Of a stretch of DNA of 64,000 nucleotides, positions 29,978-38,011 are shown piece by piece (the first letter of the stretch is position 1; each line of letters opens with the position of its first letter). Below the pieces are notes generated by a model. It was not told where the DNA came from. It ran no database searches and worked only from the letters and a program-made list of their open reading frames with translations. The position numbers and the translations under genes were made by a program. The stretch is from an uncultured Pseudomonadales bacterium (GTDB taxonomy: Bacteria; Patescibacteriota; Microgenomatia; UBA1400; PJMF01), in the NCBI GenBank assembly GCA_964521215.1, contig CAZFRD010000002.1, positions 10,798 to 74,797 of the forward strand, written 5' to 3'.

Positions 29978-30556
29978 ATGAAATTTACACATAAAATAGC
30001 TCTAGCCTTACTATTTACTTCTATGATTCATATCATAACTTTGGCTCAGATTTTTTTTGTACCAACAGCGCAAGCCTGGGATGGATCAAAATGCAGTTAT
30101 GTAGACCAATGTGTGGAGAATTACCGGTGTAAATGCCTCGGCGCTTGTACTGGAACTATAATCTGGACAAAAGGAGATCCGTGTGGCTCTGCTGTCATCG
30201 GAGGCATCAGACCACCTAACGGCGTAAGTGATTACAACCTCATTGCTATGCTTGGTGGGAGTGGTGACAACATTGGCATCTTTGCCTTTATTTCCGTCGG
30301 TTTGCGCTTATTCACAATTCTTTGTGGGCTGTTTATGTTTTTCAACTTTTTGTGGGCGGGCTATTCACTAATCACCAGAGCGGGAGACAGTAAAGCCTAT
30401 GCCGATATTCGAGAACGCTTACAATACGCCATGATTGGTTTAGTAGTGGTAGTGGCTGCCTATATGCTGGCTGCCATGATTGGACTCATCTTCTTTGGTG
30501 ACGCCACCTTTATTTTAAATCCAGACATCACTCAATACGGAGCAATTGCTCCTTAG
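29978..30556 (+). CDS. VirB2-like pilin 5 (Cys-rich)
   Basis: Signal peptide ending AQA; WAGYSLITRAGDSKAYADIRERLQYAMIG. Confidence 0.72.
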   Translation: MKFTHKIALALLFTSMIHIITLAQIFFVPTAQAWDGSKCSYVDQCVENYRCKCLGACTGTIIWTKGDPCGSAVIGGIRPPNGVSDYNLIAMLGGSGDNIGIFAFISVGLRLFTILCGLFMFFNFLWAGYSLITRAGDSKAYADIRERLQYAMIGLVVVVAAYMLAAMIGLIFFGDATFILNPDITQYGAIAP

Positions 30557-30593
30557 GTTAATCAAGAAAATTATGTATAATAGTCAAAAGAAA

Positions 30594-31037
30594 ATGAAAA
30601 AAAGATTTGCTTTAAGTTTTGTTGTCGGTTTTCTAGTCTTGTCTTTTTTTATCCCCTCAAGCGTTTTGGCCCAATTTGGCGAAGGCATTGTGCCACCATT
30701 TGCTGAAGATAATAAATACATAAAAAGCATTACCAATGATCCGCTCAATGCCGAAGACGCTTTCACCACTTTTGAATTAATTGTGTCCAACGTGCTTGCC
30801 TTACTCACTGTCTTGGGCTCGCTGGTCTTTATCACCTATTTTATGCTCGGCGCAATCACCTGGATTACTTCGGGCGGTGATACCGCCAAGGTGGGTAAAG
30901 CCAGAGACCAAATGCTTCAAGGAGTGCTTGGTCTGATTGTTTTAACATTAATGTATGCCTTAATTGGCCTAGTGGGGAGTATTGTTGGCATTGATATTCT
31001 CAACCCGGCCAAAGTATTAGAAACTTTAGTACCATGA
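30594..31037 (+). CDS. VirB2-like pilin 6
   Basis: Signal peptide ending VLA; GAITWITSGGDTAKVGKARDQMLQGVLG. Confidence 0.75.
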   Translation: MKKRFALSFVVGFLVLSFFIPSSVLAQFGEGIVPPFAEDNKYIKSITNDPLNAEDAFTTFELIVSNVLALLTVLGSLVFITYFMLGAITWITSGGDTAKVGKARDQMLQGVLGLIVLTLMYALIGLVGSIVGIDILNPAKVLETLVP

Positions 31038-31393
31038 AAATCATTGAGTCCGCTCAAGCCGCTATTACTAACCCAGCCGTCGGCAATCTAGGTAACGATG
31101 CGGAAAAAGCTGCTGATGGTTCCTTGTTTCTTTCTCAACTTGTGCGCTATTGGAATAACATTATTAGTGTTGGCGCCCTGCTCTTATTACTTTACTTTAT
31201 TTGGGGCGCCCTAGTCTGGATCACCGCCAGTGGCGACAAAACCAAATTGGAAACGGCTCGCAACCGAATGTTGCAAGCCGCCATCGGCATGCTGATCCTC
31301 GTATCGTCATTTGTTATTATTGGCTTTGCGGGCAATTTGCTCTTTGGCGATGAATTTCAACTGCTTAATTTTAAGTTTTATACACCAGAATAA
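31034..31393 (+). CDS. VirB2-like pilin 7
   Basis: WGALVWITASGDKTKLETARNRMLQAAIG; lacks a typical hydrophobic signal peptide. Confidence 0.72.
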   Translation: MKIIESAQAAITNPAVGNLGNDAEKAADGSLFLSQLVRYWNNIISVGALLLLLYFIWGALVWITASGDKTKLETARNRMLQAAIGMLILVSSFVIIGFAGNLLFGDEFQLLNFKFYTPE

Positions 31394-31400
31394 CTTAATC

Positions 31401-31889
31401 ATGAAAATTTTTAAATTAAATCTAAGTAAGATGCTACAAATTATACTTTTTGTGTTTCTAATGCTTGTTATCAGCAATCAAGTAAGTTTTGCAGCCACAC
31501 CTCAACCCACAAACAGTAGCATCCAATTTAATATTGCGAAAGAAGCATATGATCAACAACTACCCACGGCCAATAGCTTTAATCCCAGCTCCAATGCTTT
31601 TAAGCAATTATTTGCGAATCTAATTGGCTCGATTTTATCTGTTGTGATTACTATCGGTGTCCTGATGTTGTTGCTCTACCTAGTCTGGGGCGCTTTTTCC
31701 TGGATCACGTCCGGAGGTGATAAAGGTAAAGTCGAGGAAGCCCGCAACCGCATGACCACCGCCGTGATTGGCATTATTGTACTCAGTTCCAGTATTGCCA
31801 TCTTTATGCTCGTGCAACAAATACTAGGTATCTGCGTGCTAGACTTTTGGGGCACAGCCTGCAGGACTCCAGCTGTTCCGGGTCCTTAA
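31401..31889 (+). CDS. VirB2-like pilin 8
   Basis: WGAFSWITSGGDKGKVEEARNRMTTAVIG. Confidence 0.75.
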   Translation: MKIFKLNLSKMLQIILFVFLMLVISNQVSFAATPQPTNSSIQFNIAKEAYDQQLPTANSFNPSSNAFKQLFANLIGSILSVVITIGVLMLLLYLVWGAFSWITSGGDKGKVEEARNRMTTAVIGIIVLSSSIAIFMLVQQILGICVLDFWGTACRTPAVPGP

Positions 31890-31922
31890 AAAGTCATTAT
31901 CTGGTATAATACCACTAGCATC

Positions 31923-31976
31923 TTTACAAATAAGTAAATATCGCGTTATAGTAGTAAAAGTACTTAACCAAAGGGA
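31923..31976 (+). promoter_or_regulatory. Promoter and Shine-Dalgarno site of the putative major pilin
   Basis: TTTACA (31923)-18 nt-TATAGT (31947); AAGGGA lies 5 nt before the ATG at 31982. Confidence 0.5.
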
Positions 31977-31981
31977 TATAT

Positions 31982-32389
31982 ATGAAAAACACCTTGACCA
32001 AGATTGTTGCCGGCGCTGGCTCAGCGGGCACCGCTTTATTTTTGATGGCTTCCAATGCTATGGCTGCCGTATCAATTGGCACCGTTAACACTCCAGAAGG
32101 TGGCTATGCTTCAAACCTTGGTGGCGTTATTAATAGCTTGCTCACCATCGTTATGGCATTAGCTGCTCTAGCTGTGTTTATTTATCTCATCTGGGGTGCT
32201 TTTGAATGGATTACTTCCGGAGGTGATAAAGGTAAAACCGAATCAGCTCGCAATAAGATTACGGCAGCTGTAATTGGCTTAATTGTGCTCGCCGCTTCCT
32301 ATGCCATCTTAATGTTGCTCCTGCAGATTTTAGGATTCACTAGTTTAGAGGGTGCTTTTACTCAAATCAAACCTCTTAACTCCAAATAA
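31982..32389 (+). CDS. VirB2-like pilin 9 (candidate major pilin)
   Basis: WGAFEWITSGGDKGKTESARNKITAAVIG; short mature N-terminus; has its own promoter, SD and terminator. Confidence 0.78.
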   Translation: MKNTLTKIVAGAGSAGTALFLMASNAMAAVSIGTVNTPEGGYASNLGGVINSLLTIVMALAALAVFIYLIWGAFEWITSGGDKGKTESARNKITAAVIGLIVLAASYAILMLLLQILGFTSLEGAFTQIKPLNSK

Positions 32390-32411
32390 ATACTATCAAG
32401 ATAGTAATTTT

Positions 32412-32439
32412 AACAGCCCGGCGGATGCCGGGCTGTTTT
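32412..32439 (+). terminator. Rho-independent terminator
   Basis: Perfect 11-bp stem AACAGCCCGGC-GGAT-GCCGGGCTGTT ending in a short T run, just after pilin 9. Confidence 0.82.
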
Positions 32440-32442
32440 GTA

Positions 32443-32650
32443 GTAGTACCAATGTCTGCTTCGACAAGCTCAGCCTGACATTGGTACTACACTAGTGTCA
32501 CCCCGAGCCTGTCGAGGGGTGTCATACTGAGCCCGTCGAAGCATGTCACACTGAGCCCGTCGAAGTGTGAGCCCGTCGAAGCATGTCACTCTGAGCCTGA
32601 CGAAGAGTGTCACTCTGAGGGGTGTCACTCTGAGCCTGTCGAAGAGTGAC
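32443..32650. repeat. Cluster of REP-like palindromic units of about 24 bp
   Basis: About seven tandem full or partial copies of TGTCAnnn(T/C)GAGC(C/T)nG(T/A)CGAnGnn, plus one inverted copy enclosed by a 14-bp inverted repeat (32443-32456 / 32477-32490). Confidence 0.85.
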
Positions 32651-32678
32651 CCCACCATGTAGTATACTTACCAGTATC

Positions 32679-33107
32679 ATGAATTCGCTCAGGCATCGTT
32701 TCGTCATCCCGCCGTTACTCATCACGTTTTTGATTTTCAGCTTAATTCTTCCCCCTCAGGCCCAAGCCCAAACCGTCGAATGGTCTGGCGTTTGCATGGC
32801 TGGCTCGTCTGGCGGGGTCCCCACTATTCAGGGTCTTGAGTGCTTAATCGCCAATGTCTTTACCGTTATTATTACCCTTATCGGTCTGGGTGGGTTTGTG
32901 ATGTTTATCATCGGTGCATTCTTATGGATGACCGCCGGTTCTAACCCCAAAAACATCGATTCAGCCAAAAAAACTTTCACCTACGCCGTGCTCGGTATGG
33001 TCTTAGCTCTCAGCGCCTTTATTATCATTAACTTGATTGCCGATTTTACCGGCGTGAGTGTAATTAAGACTTTTAGAATTCCAACTTCTTCAACAGACTG
33101 GAATTAA
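32679..33107 (+). CDS. VirB2-like pilin 10
   Basis: Signal peptide ending AQA; GAFLWMTAGSNPKNIDSAKKTFTYAVLG. Confidence 0.75.
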   Translation: MNSLRHRFVIPPLLITFLIFSLILPPQAQAQTVEWSGVCMAGSSGGVPTIQGLECLIANVFTVIITLIGLGGFVMFIIGAFLWMTAGSNPKNIDSAKKTFTYAVLGMVLALSAFIIINLIADFTGVSVIKTFRIPTSSTDWN

Positions 33108-33155
33108 TCAGGAAAACCCCAACCAAGCTGAGTAAAAGGCTATATAATAGAACCA

Positions 33156-36100
33156 ATGTCTCGCCTACGCTCGATTAGCTTGGTTATGTTGGTGCTGTTA
33201 AATTTTTTCATTTTTTTTCTTAACCCTCAGTCCGCTAAAGCAGCTGAAAATAAATGTGGCGTCAATGTCGGACCATACTACAATCAAGTTTCTCAAGTTA
33301 AGTCGCTGACAAAAAATGGTGGCTGGATCGTAGTACTTGGATCACTAGGTCAGTGTGCAGATTATAGTTCTGTTTTTGGGCAGGGCTTAAACGTGGTACT
33401 TCGTGCCTATAACGAAGGTAAGCTGTTTGATGAACCTCAGGCAGATGCTTGGGTTGCTACCCTCCATCAACTCGATACCAAGGGACAAAAAGTGTATTTT
33501 ATGCCTTGGAATGAACCAAATCATGACAATGAAGGTGGTAACAGCACTGCCGGTGCAACGGTAAAAAGATATACCGATTACTTAACAGCACAACTTCGAG
33601 CAGCAGGTCTGCTTGGGACTAAAGTAGAAATACTTTCACCCATGGTTGATAAATTAAATCCCTCATTTGGTGGTCAATTTTTTACTAACCCCGGAGGTAT
33701 CTCAGGTTTTTATAATGGATTTATTGGCAGTTCAATCAATGAATACGACCATGCAAATGGAGATACTTCATACAGCAGTGCTTGCACTGCCGCACCACCA
33801 GCAAATAACTGTATGTATGATACCTTGGGCATTCCTCCACCATTCTATGCACTAGAAGCAGGTGTTGCTGGAACTGGGGAACCTCCTTTATACAGAGACA
33901 ATCAAATTGCTCTAATGTTAAACACCTCATGGTCACGCAAATGGCAAACCGATACTAATTTTGAAATGTTTGCAGTATTTTCCTACGATCCACATAGATC
34001 AGGTGATTGGGATATATACACTGCCCCTCAAACCAAAACTTTTTATTCTAATTCTTGCACTGTGGGCTCTGTGCAGAGCAGCACTTCGGTTGATGAAAAT
34101 AAGTTTACAAATTGGTATAACCCAAAGCAGAGTCAGTTAGTTGCTTGCGCCAGTGGTTGCGGTTTTGCTCCCAGTTCTCACCCGGAGCTCTGTAATGCAG
34201 CAGGAAAAAATGAGAACAATTTCGAGGGCTATGATACATCTCTTTACGACGACTACGACACTGTGCAAGATCAATTTTATATTCACCCCATCAAAGGACT
34301 CAATCGAGCTCAAGATGGAAGTCAGGGTGCGTTTGACGCCAATCTCAAAACTATCCGTGACGATTTGATCACTCAGGGATATGAGTCACGTTGCGCCACT
34401 CCGGGTTTCAACATAGAACTAACCCAAGATGGTAAAGACTGGATGGCAGATTACGTGGAACAAAACCCTCCGGGCGCTGTCTTTGGTGGACATGAAAATT
34501 ACATAATTCGTACCAGAGTGGCCGGCGATCCACCGGGAATCGGTGATTACGTTCGTTCCTGGTTGGCAGTGGATTATCGTGAGGTACAAACACCAGTTTT
34601 TCGGGATGTTTCGGACAAGCGCTTTTTGATGACTTCGCTGGAAGAATTTTTTGGCTTCAAAGACACAGTCGTCCAAGAACAATCACCAGCCGAACTCAAC
34701 TCCGCCGCAATCAACTCTCTGCTGACTAACCAACAGCGTTGCGAAGCCTCGGTCAGAATTTTGCTCAGACAAGAAGAAATGTGTAATAAGTTGGCCGACC
34801 CCAATGCTTGTGCTCTCTACTCTCGGCCCGTTCCGCAAACCAATTTCACCATCAAAACCATGTTGGAAGCTTATAAAGCTTTGGTAGCTGCGCCTCCCTC
34901 CACCATCAAACCCAATCCTTTGCCCCCCTACACCGATCCTGCCACCATTAAAGCCATTTGCTCTGAACTAGTTGGGTCAGATTGGAACGAAACAGCTAGA
35001 GAAGGCTTGCTTTACACCCCGCTCACTATTGATCGTGCCTACCGACTAGCTTTCTTAGTGACCACCATCGAGGTGTTCCATGCGACTTATAAAAGTATGT
35101 TTAATCTTTACATCCATCCCAATGAGGGACCAGCAGAAGATGGTCCAAGTAAACCAGACGATGCCGTGTTAGTAAATGCTTTTAAAGTTCCTGATATTCT
35201 CACTACCACGCAGTTGGAAAGTGCTGGCTCGGGTGGAAGTGGCAACACAGCCTGGACGGATTCGAGTAAGCTGACGCGTAACTCGCTGCTAACCAAGAAA
35301 AACCAGGATGTGCTGACAAAGACTGTTAATGCAAAAGTTGCCGAACTAAAAAAAGCAGCCGAACATTATGATACGAACAAGCAAGAGTCTGGAGCAGACG
35401 AAATTTACTGTTTGGAGGGTGTTTCTAATCGAGGCATTGGCCCCCCCGAATGCAAGGATGAATTAGGCAAAGCTGTAATTGACATTATCAATGCTCAAGC
35501 AAGCAATCGCGTTACCACCAAGTATGATAATCAAATCGATGCTGAGTGTCCTGAACTAATCAAGGAGCCAGCCAGTAGTATTCTGGATTTCGGTTCATTC
35601 GGGACGGTTGAGACAATCAAAAACCCACCAGCCGAACTACTTTATACTCAAGAATTTGGTGCCAAACTTTTGCATAATATCTTCGAGGTTCCCGAAAAAA
35701 ATCAGGATCCTGCGGGATTACTTGACAGCTCTCATCAAATAGAGCCCAAGGGCGACAGTCACCCTTCTTTTGCCGAAACCTGGAAACCGGGAGATCCGCG
35801 TGCAGAGACTAATGATATAGCCCCAGGTGAACCAAATAGCGAGTGGGGACTCAAATCGCTGTTCCATGTCACAGATAGAACATATCCCAAATTTCCCTAC
35901 AACGCCTGTTGTGACGTGAGCGAAGTGAAACACTTTTTGGTCTATCCCATGGGCTATGACATGCAAAAAGTTCAGGAGGTTTTGGCTGGTACATTTTTTA
36001 CTACCGAACAAATCGCCAGTTTAACCACAGCAGCAGAAGAGTTTGACCGGATTCAACTAAGTGGGGATCAAATAGATTTCACTGGGGGAACTAGAGAGCA

Positions 36101-36980
36101 CACTTTTGCCGATATCGTGAAAGGTGAACCAATTAGTGGCAATAAACTCAACTGGCCTGATGGTGTTGATTTTATCTCGGTCAATGATCCAGTCAAAGAT
36201 TCGGTATTTGAAATTGATCGTTGTCAAAAAGTCTATGAAACTATTTGTGATGACATCGACCCTATCACTGGAGTGAGAACAAATTGTCATATCGAACACG
36301 TGGGGTGGGAACTACCCTGTGACAGAACTTTTGGTTGGGCTATCAAACAAAAAGGCTCGGCTCTGACAGCCGGATTACTTGGGGGACGATTTGGCTTTTG
36401 GTTACGCGAAATTCAAAAGGGGCTCAATACCAAAGCTGGCACCGCTCGCGAATATCTTGATACCTGCAAAACAGTGGAACAATTCCTCACTGGCCATTGT
36501 GGGCAACCAGTTGACCCCGTCCCCACGCCCGACCCACCCGATCCCAACTGTACAGAACTGAGTTGTACCCCACCCACGCCAGTGCCACCCACAGCTACGC
36601 CAATCCCTCCAATGCCGACTGGTAGTGGAGGTTGCACCGATCCGACTCAAGATGCACTTATTTTTGAAACATATGTAAATGAAAACCGAGAATGGAAAGT
36701 AAAATTAACTTGCCCAAGTTGTACTGGAGGTTGGGGAGATATTGCAACTAATATCACTCTACCAACTGGAGAATCTTGGAATTGGGCGGGAAATTATCTT
36801 CCAGTAGGTGGCTATCTAGAGCTACCATGCGGAGGTGACCCCCCCTGTGTTGGACACGGTAGCAAAGTACCAGATGACTTTCATGGCCAATGGTGTGTTA
36901 GTGCAGTTGTTACCAGCAGACCAGCGGGCAATCAGTGTCAAGGCACCCTTTACTTCTATGCATGCACAACAGTGCCGTAG
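33156..36980 (+). CDS. Large secreted protein with an N-terminal clan-A glycoside-hydrolase-like domain, Cys-rich regions and a Pro/Thr linker
   Basis: Signal peptide; PWNEPN (acid/base-like) and ALEAG (nucleophile-like) motifs; 1274 aa. Confidence 0.6.
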   Translation: MSRLRSISLVMLVLLNFFIFFLNPQSAKAAENKCGVNVGPYYNQVSQVKSLTKNGGWIVVLGSLGQCADYSSVFGQGLNVVLRAYNEGKLFDEPQADAWVATLHQLDTKGQKVYFMPWNEPNHDNEGGNSTAGATVKRYTDYLTAQLRAAGLLGTKVEILSPMVDKLNPSFGGQFFTNPGGISGFYNGFIGSSINEYDHANGDTSYSSACTAAPPANNCMYDTLGIPPPFYALEAGVAGTGEPPLYRDNQIALMLNTSWSRKWQTDTNFEMFAVFSYDPHRSGDWDIYTAPQTKTFYSNSCTVGSVQSSTSVDENKFTNWYNPKQSQLVACASGCGFAPSSHPELCNAAGKNENNFEGYDTSLYDDYDTVQDQFYIHPIKGLNRAQDGSQGAFDANLKTIRDDLITQGYESRCATPGFNIELTQDGKDWMADYVEQNPPGAVFGGHENYIIRTRVAGDPPGIGDYVRSWLAVDYREVQTPVFRDVSDKRFLMTSLEEFFGFKDTVVQEQSPAELNSAAINSLLTNQQRCEASVRILLRQEEMCNKLADPNACALYSRPVPQTNFTIKTMLEAYKALVAAPPSTIKPNPLPPYTDPATIKAICSELVGSDWNETAREGLLYTPLTIDRAYRLAFLVTTIEVFHATYKSMFNLYIHPNEGPAEDGPSKPDDAVLVNAFKVPDILTTTQLESAGSGGSGNTAWTDSSKLTRNSLLTKKNQDVLTKTVNAKVAELKKAAEHYDTNKQESGADEIYCLEGVSNRGIGPPECKDELGKAVIDIINAQASNRVTTKYDNQIDAECPELIKEPASSILDFGSFGTVETIKNPPAELLYTQEFGAKLLHNIFEVPEKNQDPAGLLDSSHQIEPKGDSHPSFAETWKPGDPRAETNDIAPGEPNSEWGLKSLFHVTDRTYPKFPYNACCDVSEVKHFLVYPMGYDMQKVQEVLAGTFFTTEQIASLTTAAEEFDRIQLSGDQIDFTGGTREHTFADIVKGEPISGNKLNWPDGVDFISVNDPVKDSVFEIDRCQKVYETICDDIDPITGVRTNCHIEHVGWELPCDRTFGWAIKQKGSALTAGLLGGRFGFWLREIQKGLNTKAGTAREYLDTCKTVEQFLTGHCGQPVDPVPTPDPPDPNCTELSCTPPTPVPPTATPIPPMPTGSGGCTDPTQDALIFETYVNENREWKVKLTCPSCTGGWGDIATNITLPTGESWNWAGNYLPVGGYLELPCGGDPPCVGHGSKVPDDFHGQWCVSAVVTSRPAGNQCQGTLYFYACTTVP

Positions 36981-37013
36981 TTGACTTTGGCATCTCAACC
37001 TTTTTAAAAATCG

Positions 37014-37874
37014 CTATTTCCTCGAAACCGACACCGTCATTTCCTCCGGTCTTTTTGCTTTTTTGGGTTTCTCCGCTTCAACTTCTTTGATTTTGGCAAT
37101 CTTTCTCACCTCAGTCTTGACCGGATTGGACATAACTTCGCGCACTGGCACCCAAGTACGCTCGCCTCCGGCTCGCATCAGCTCTGCCACCACGCCAAAA
37201 GTCTCCGCCGTCAAGGTGCCATAATGCAAGCCTCTAGTTTTATCCTCAAGACCCAACAACAGATTGGTGGCCACTGGGGCAGAAACCGCCAGTTGCGCTT
37301 GCTTCAGCAATTCTGCCACCAGTTCGGACAAAGAACTCAGCCCCATGCTCGTCAACTGCAAAGTGCCAAAACTAGTTTCATACTCGTGCAAACTAATTAC
37401 TGAACTATTGGTATAAATATCCTCATAGCCCAAATAGATACTGCCCAAGCTTTCCAGATCTGATACTCCCACGGTGATAATCAAGTCGGGCTCTGCCCCA
37501 CTGTAGGAAAACTCAACTAACTTAGAATCTAATGGTTCGGCCCCTTTTTTGGGTTTAATCGTTAAATAAAACTTCCCCGTTTCCTCTCCAATGTGGTAAC
37601 TAATTTTATCCACTTTTTCTTCGCTGTAATCAAAACTGACCAACAAATTTTGGTGACCAAAAGTAGTGGCAACTTGATCTATCCCAACAAGATGAGGGTT
37701 AGACTTAGGCAGTTCGGGAGAAAACAAACGCACCGATTTGCCCGCTTCTTGGAGGGCCACAAACAAACTAGTGGCTGCAGCCACAATATCCAGGTCTGTT
37801 GAATTTTCAAAAACCACCGCTATGTCCTGAGCTTGCTGAACTATCTCGGAAAATTTTGTGGCGTTTTCCACCAT
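37014..37874 (-). CDS. Degenerate DHH-phosphoesterase-like protein
   Basis: TDLDIVAAATSL, DLIITVG, SSLSELV and VATNLLLGL match the DHH/NrnA scaffold, but SLHE stands where DHH is expected. Confidence 0.6.
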   Translation of the reverse strand: MVENATKFSEIVQQAQDIAVVFENSTDLDIVAAATSLFVALQEAGKSVRLFSPELPKSNPHLVGIDQVATTFGHQNLLVSFDYSEEKVDKISYHIGEETGKFYLTIKPKKGAEPLDSKLVEFSYSGAEPDLIITVGVSDLESLGSIYLGYEDIYTNSSVISLHEYETSFGTLQLTSMGLSSLSELVAELLKQAQLAVSAPVATNLLLGLEDKTRGLHYGTLTAETFGVVAELMRAGGERTWVPVREVMSNPVKTEVRKIAKIKEVEAEKPKKAKRPEEMTVSVSRK

Positions 37875-38011
37875 ATCACTCCTTTTTCAAATGAACATTA
37901 ATATGCTAGGGCAGGGAAACAACCTCATCATATCACCATCTCTGACTATCAAACAAGCACAAATTCACTCGATTGCTCATCCGAAGATTAATCTATATAA
38001 TAGACACCGCT

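Noticed and set aside
32443-32650. CRISPR array
   Set aside because: The units abut each other with no unique spacers, the repeats are degenerate, and I see no cas genes in the window.
32497-32650. Hammerhead ribozyme (CTGA...CGAA resemblance)
   Set aside because: It lacks the CUGANGA and GAAA core and a three-stem junction.
32470-32658. 62-aa minus-strand ORF (FDRLRVT repeats)
   Set aside because: It is simply the translation of the palindromic repeat array.
27058-33107. Diversity-generating retroelement or shufflon acting on the pilins
   Set aside because: No reverse transcriptase, no TR/VR pair with adenine-specific mismatches, and no recombinase or inverted cassettes were seen; all pilins are on the same strand.
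27058-33107. Type IV (PilA-type) pilins belonging to pilB/pilC
   Set aside because: There is no N-terminal G|FTLxE prepilin motif; the conserved hydrophobic part is C-terminal, as in VirB2.
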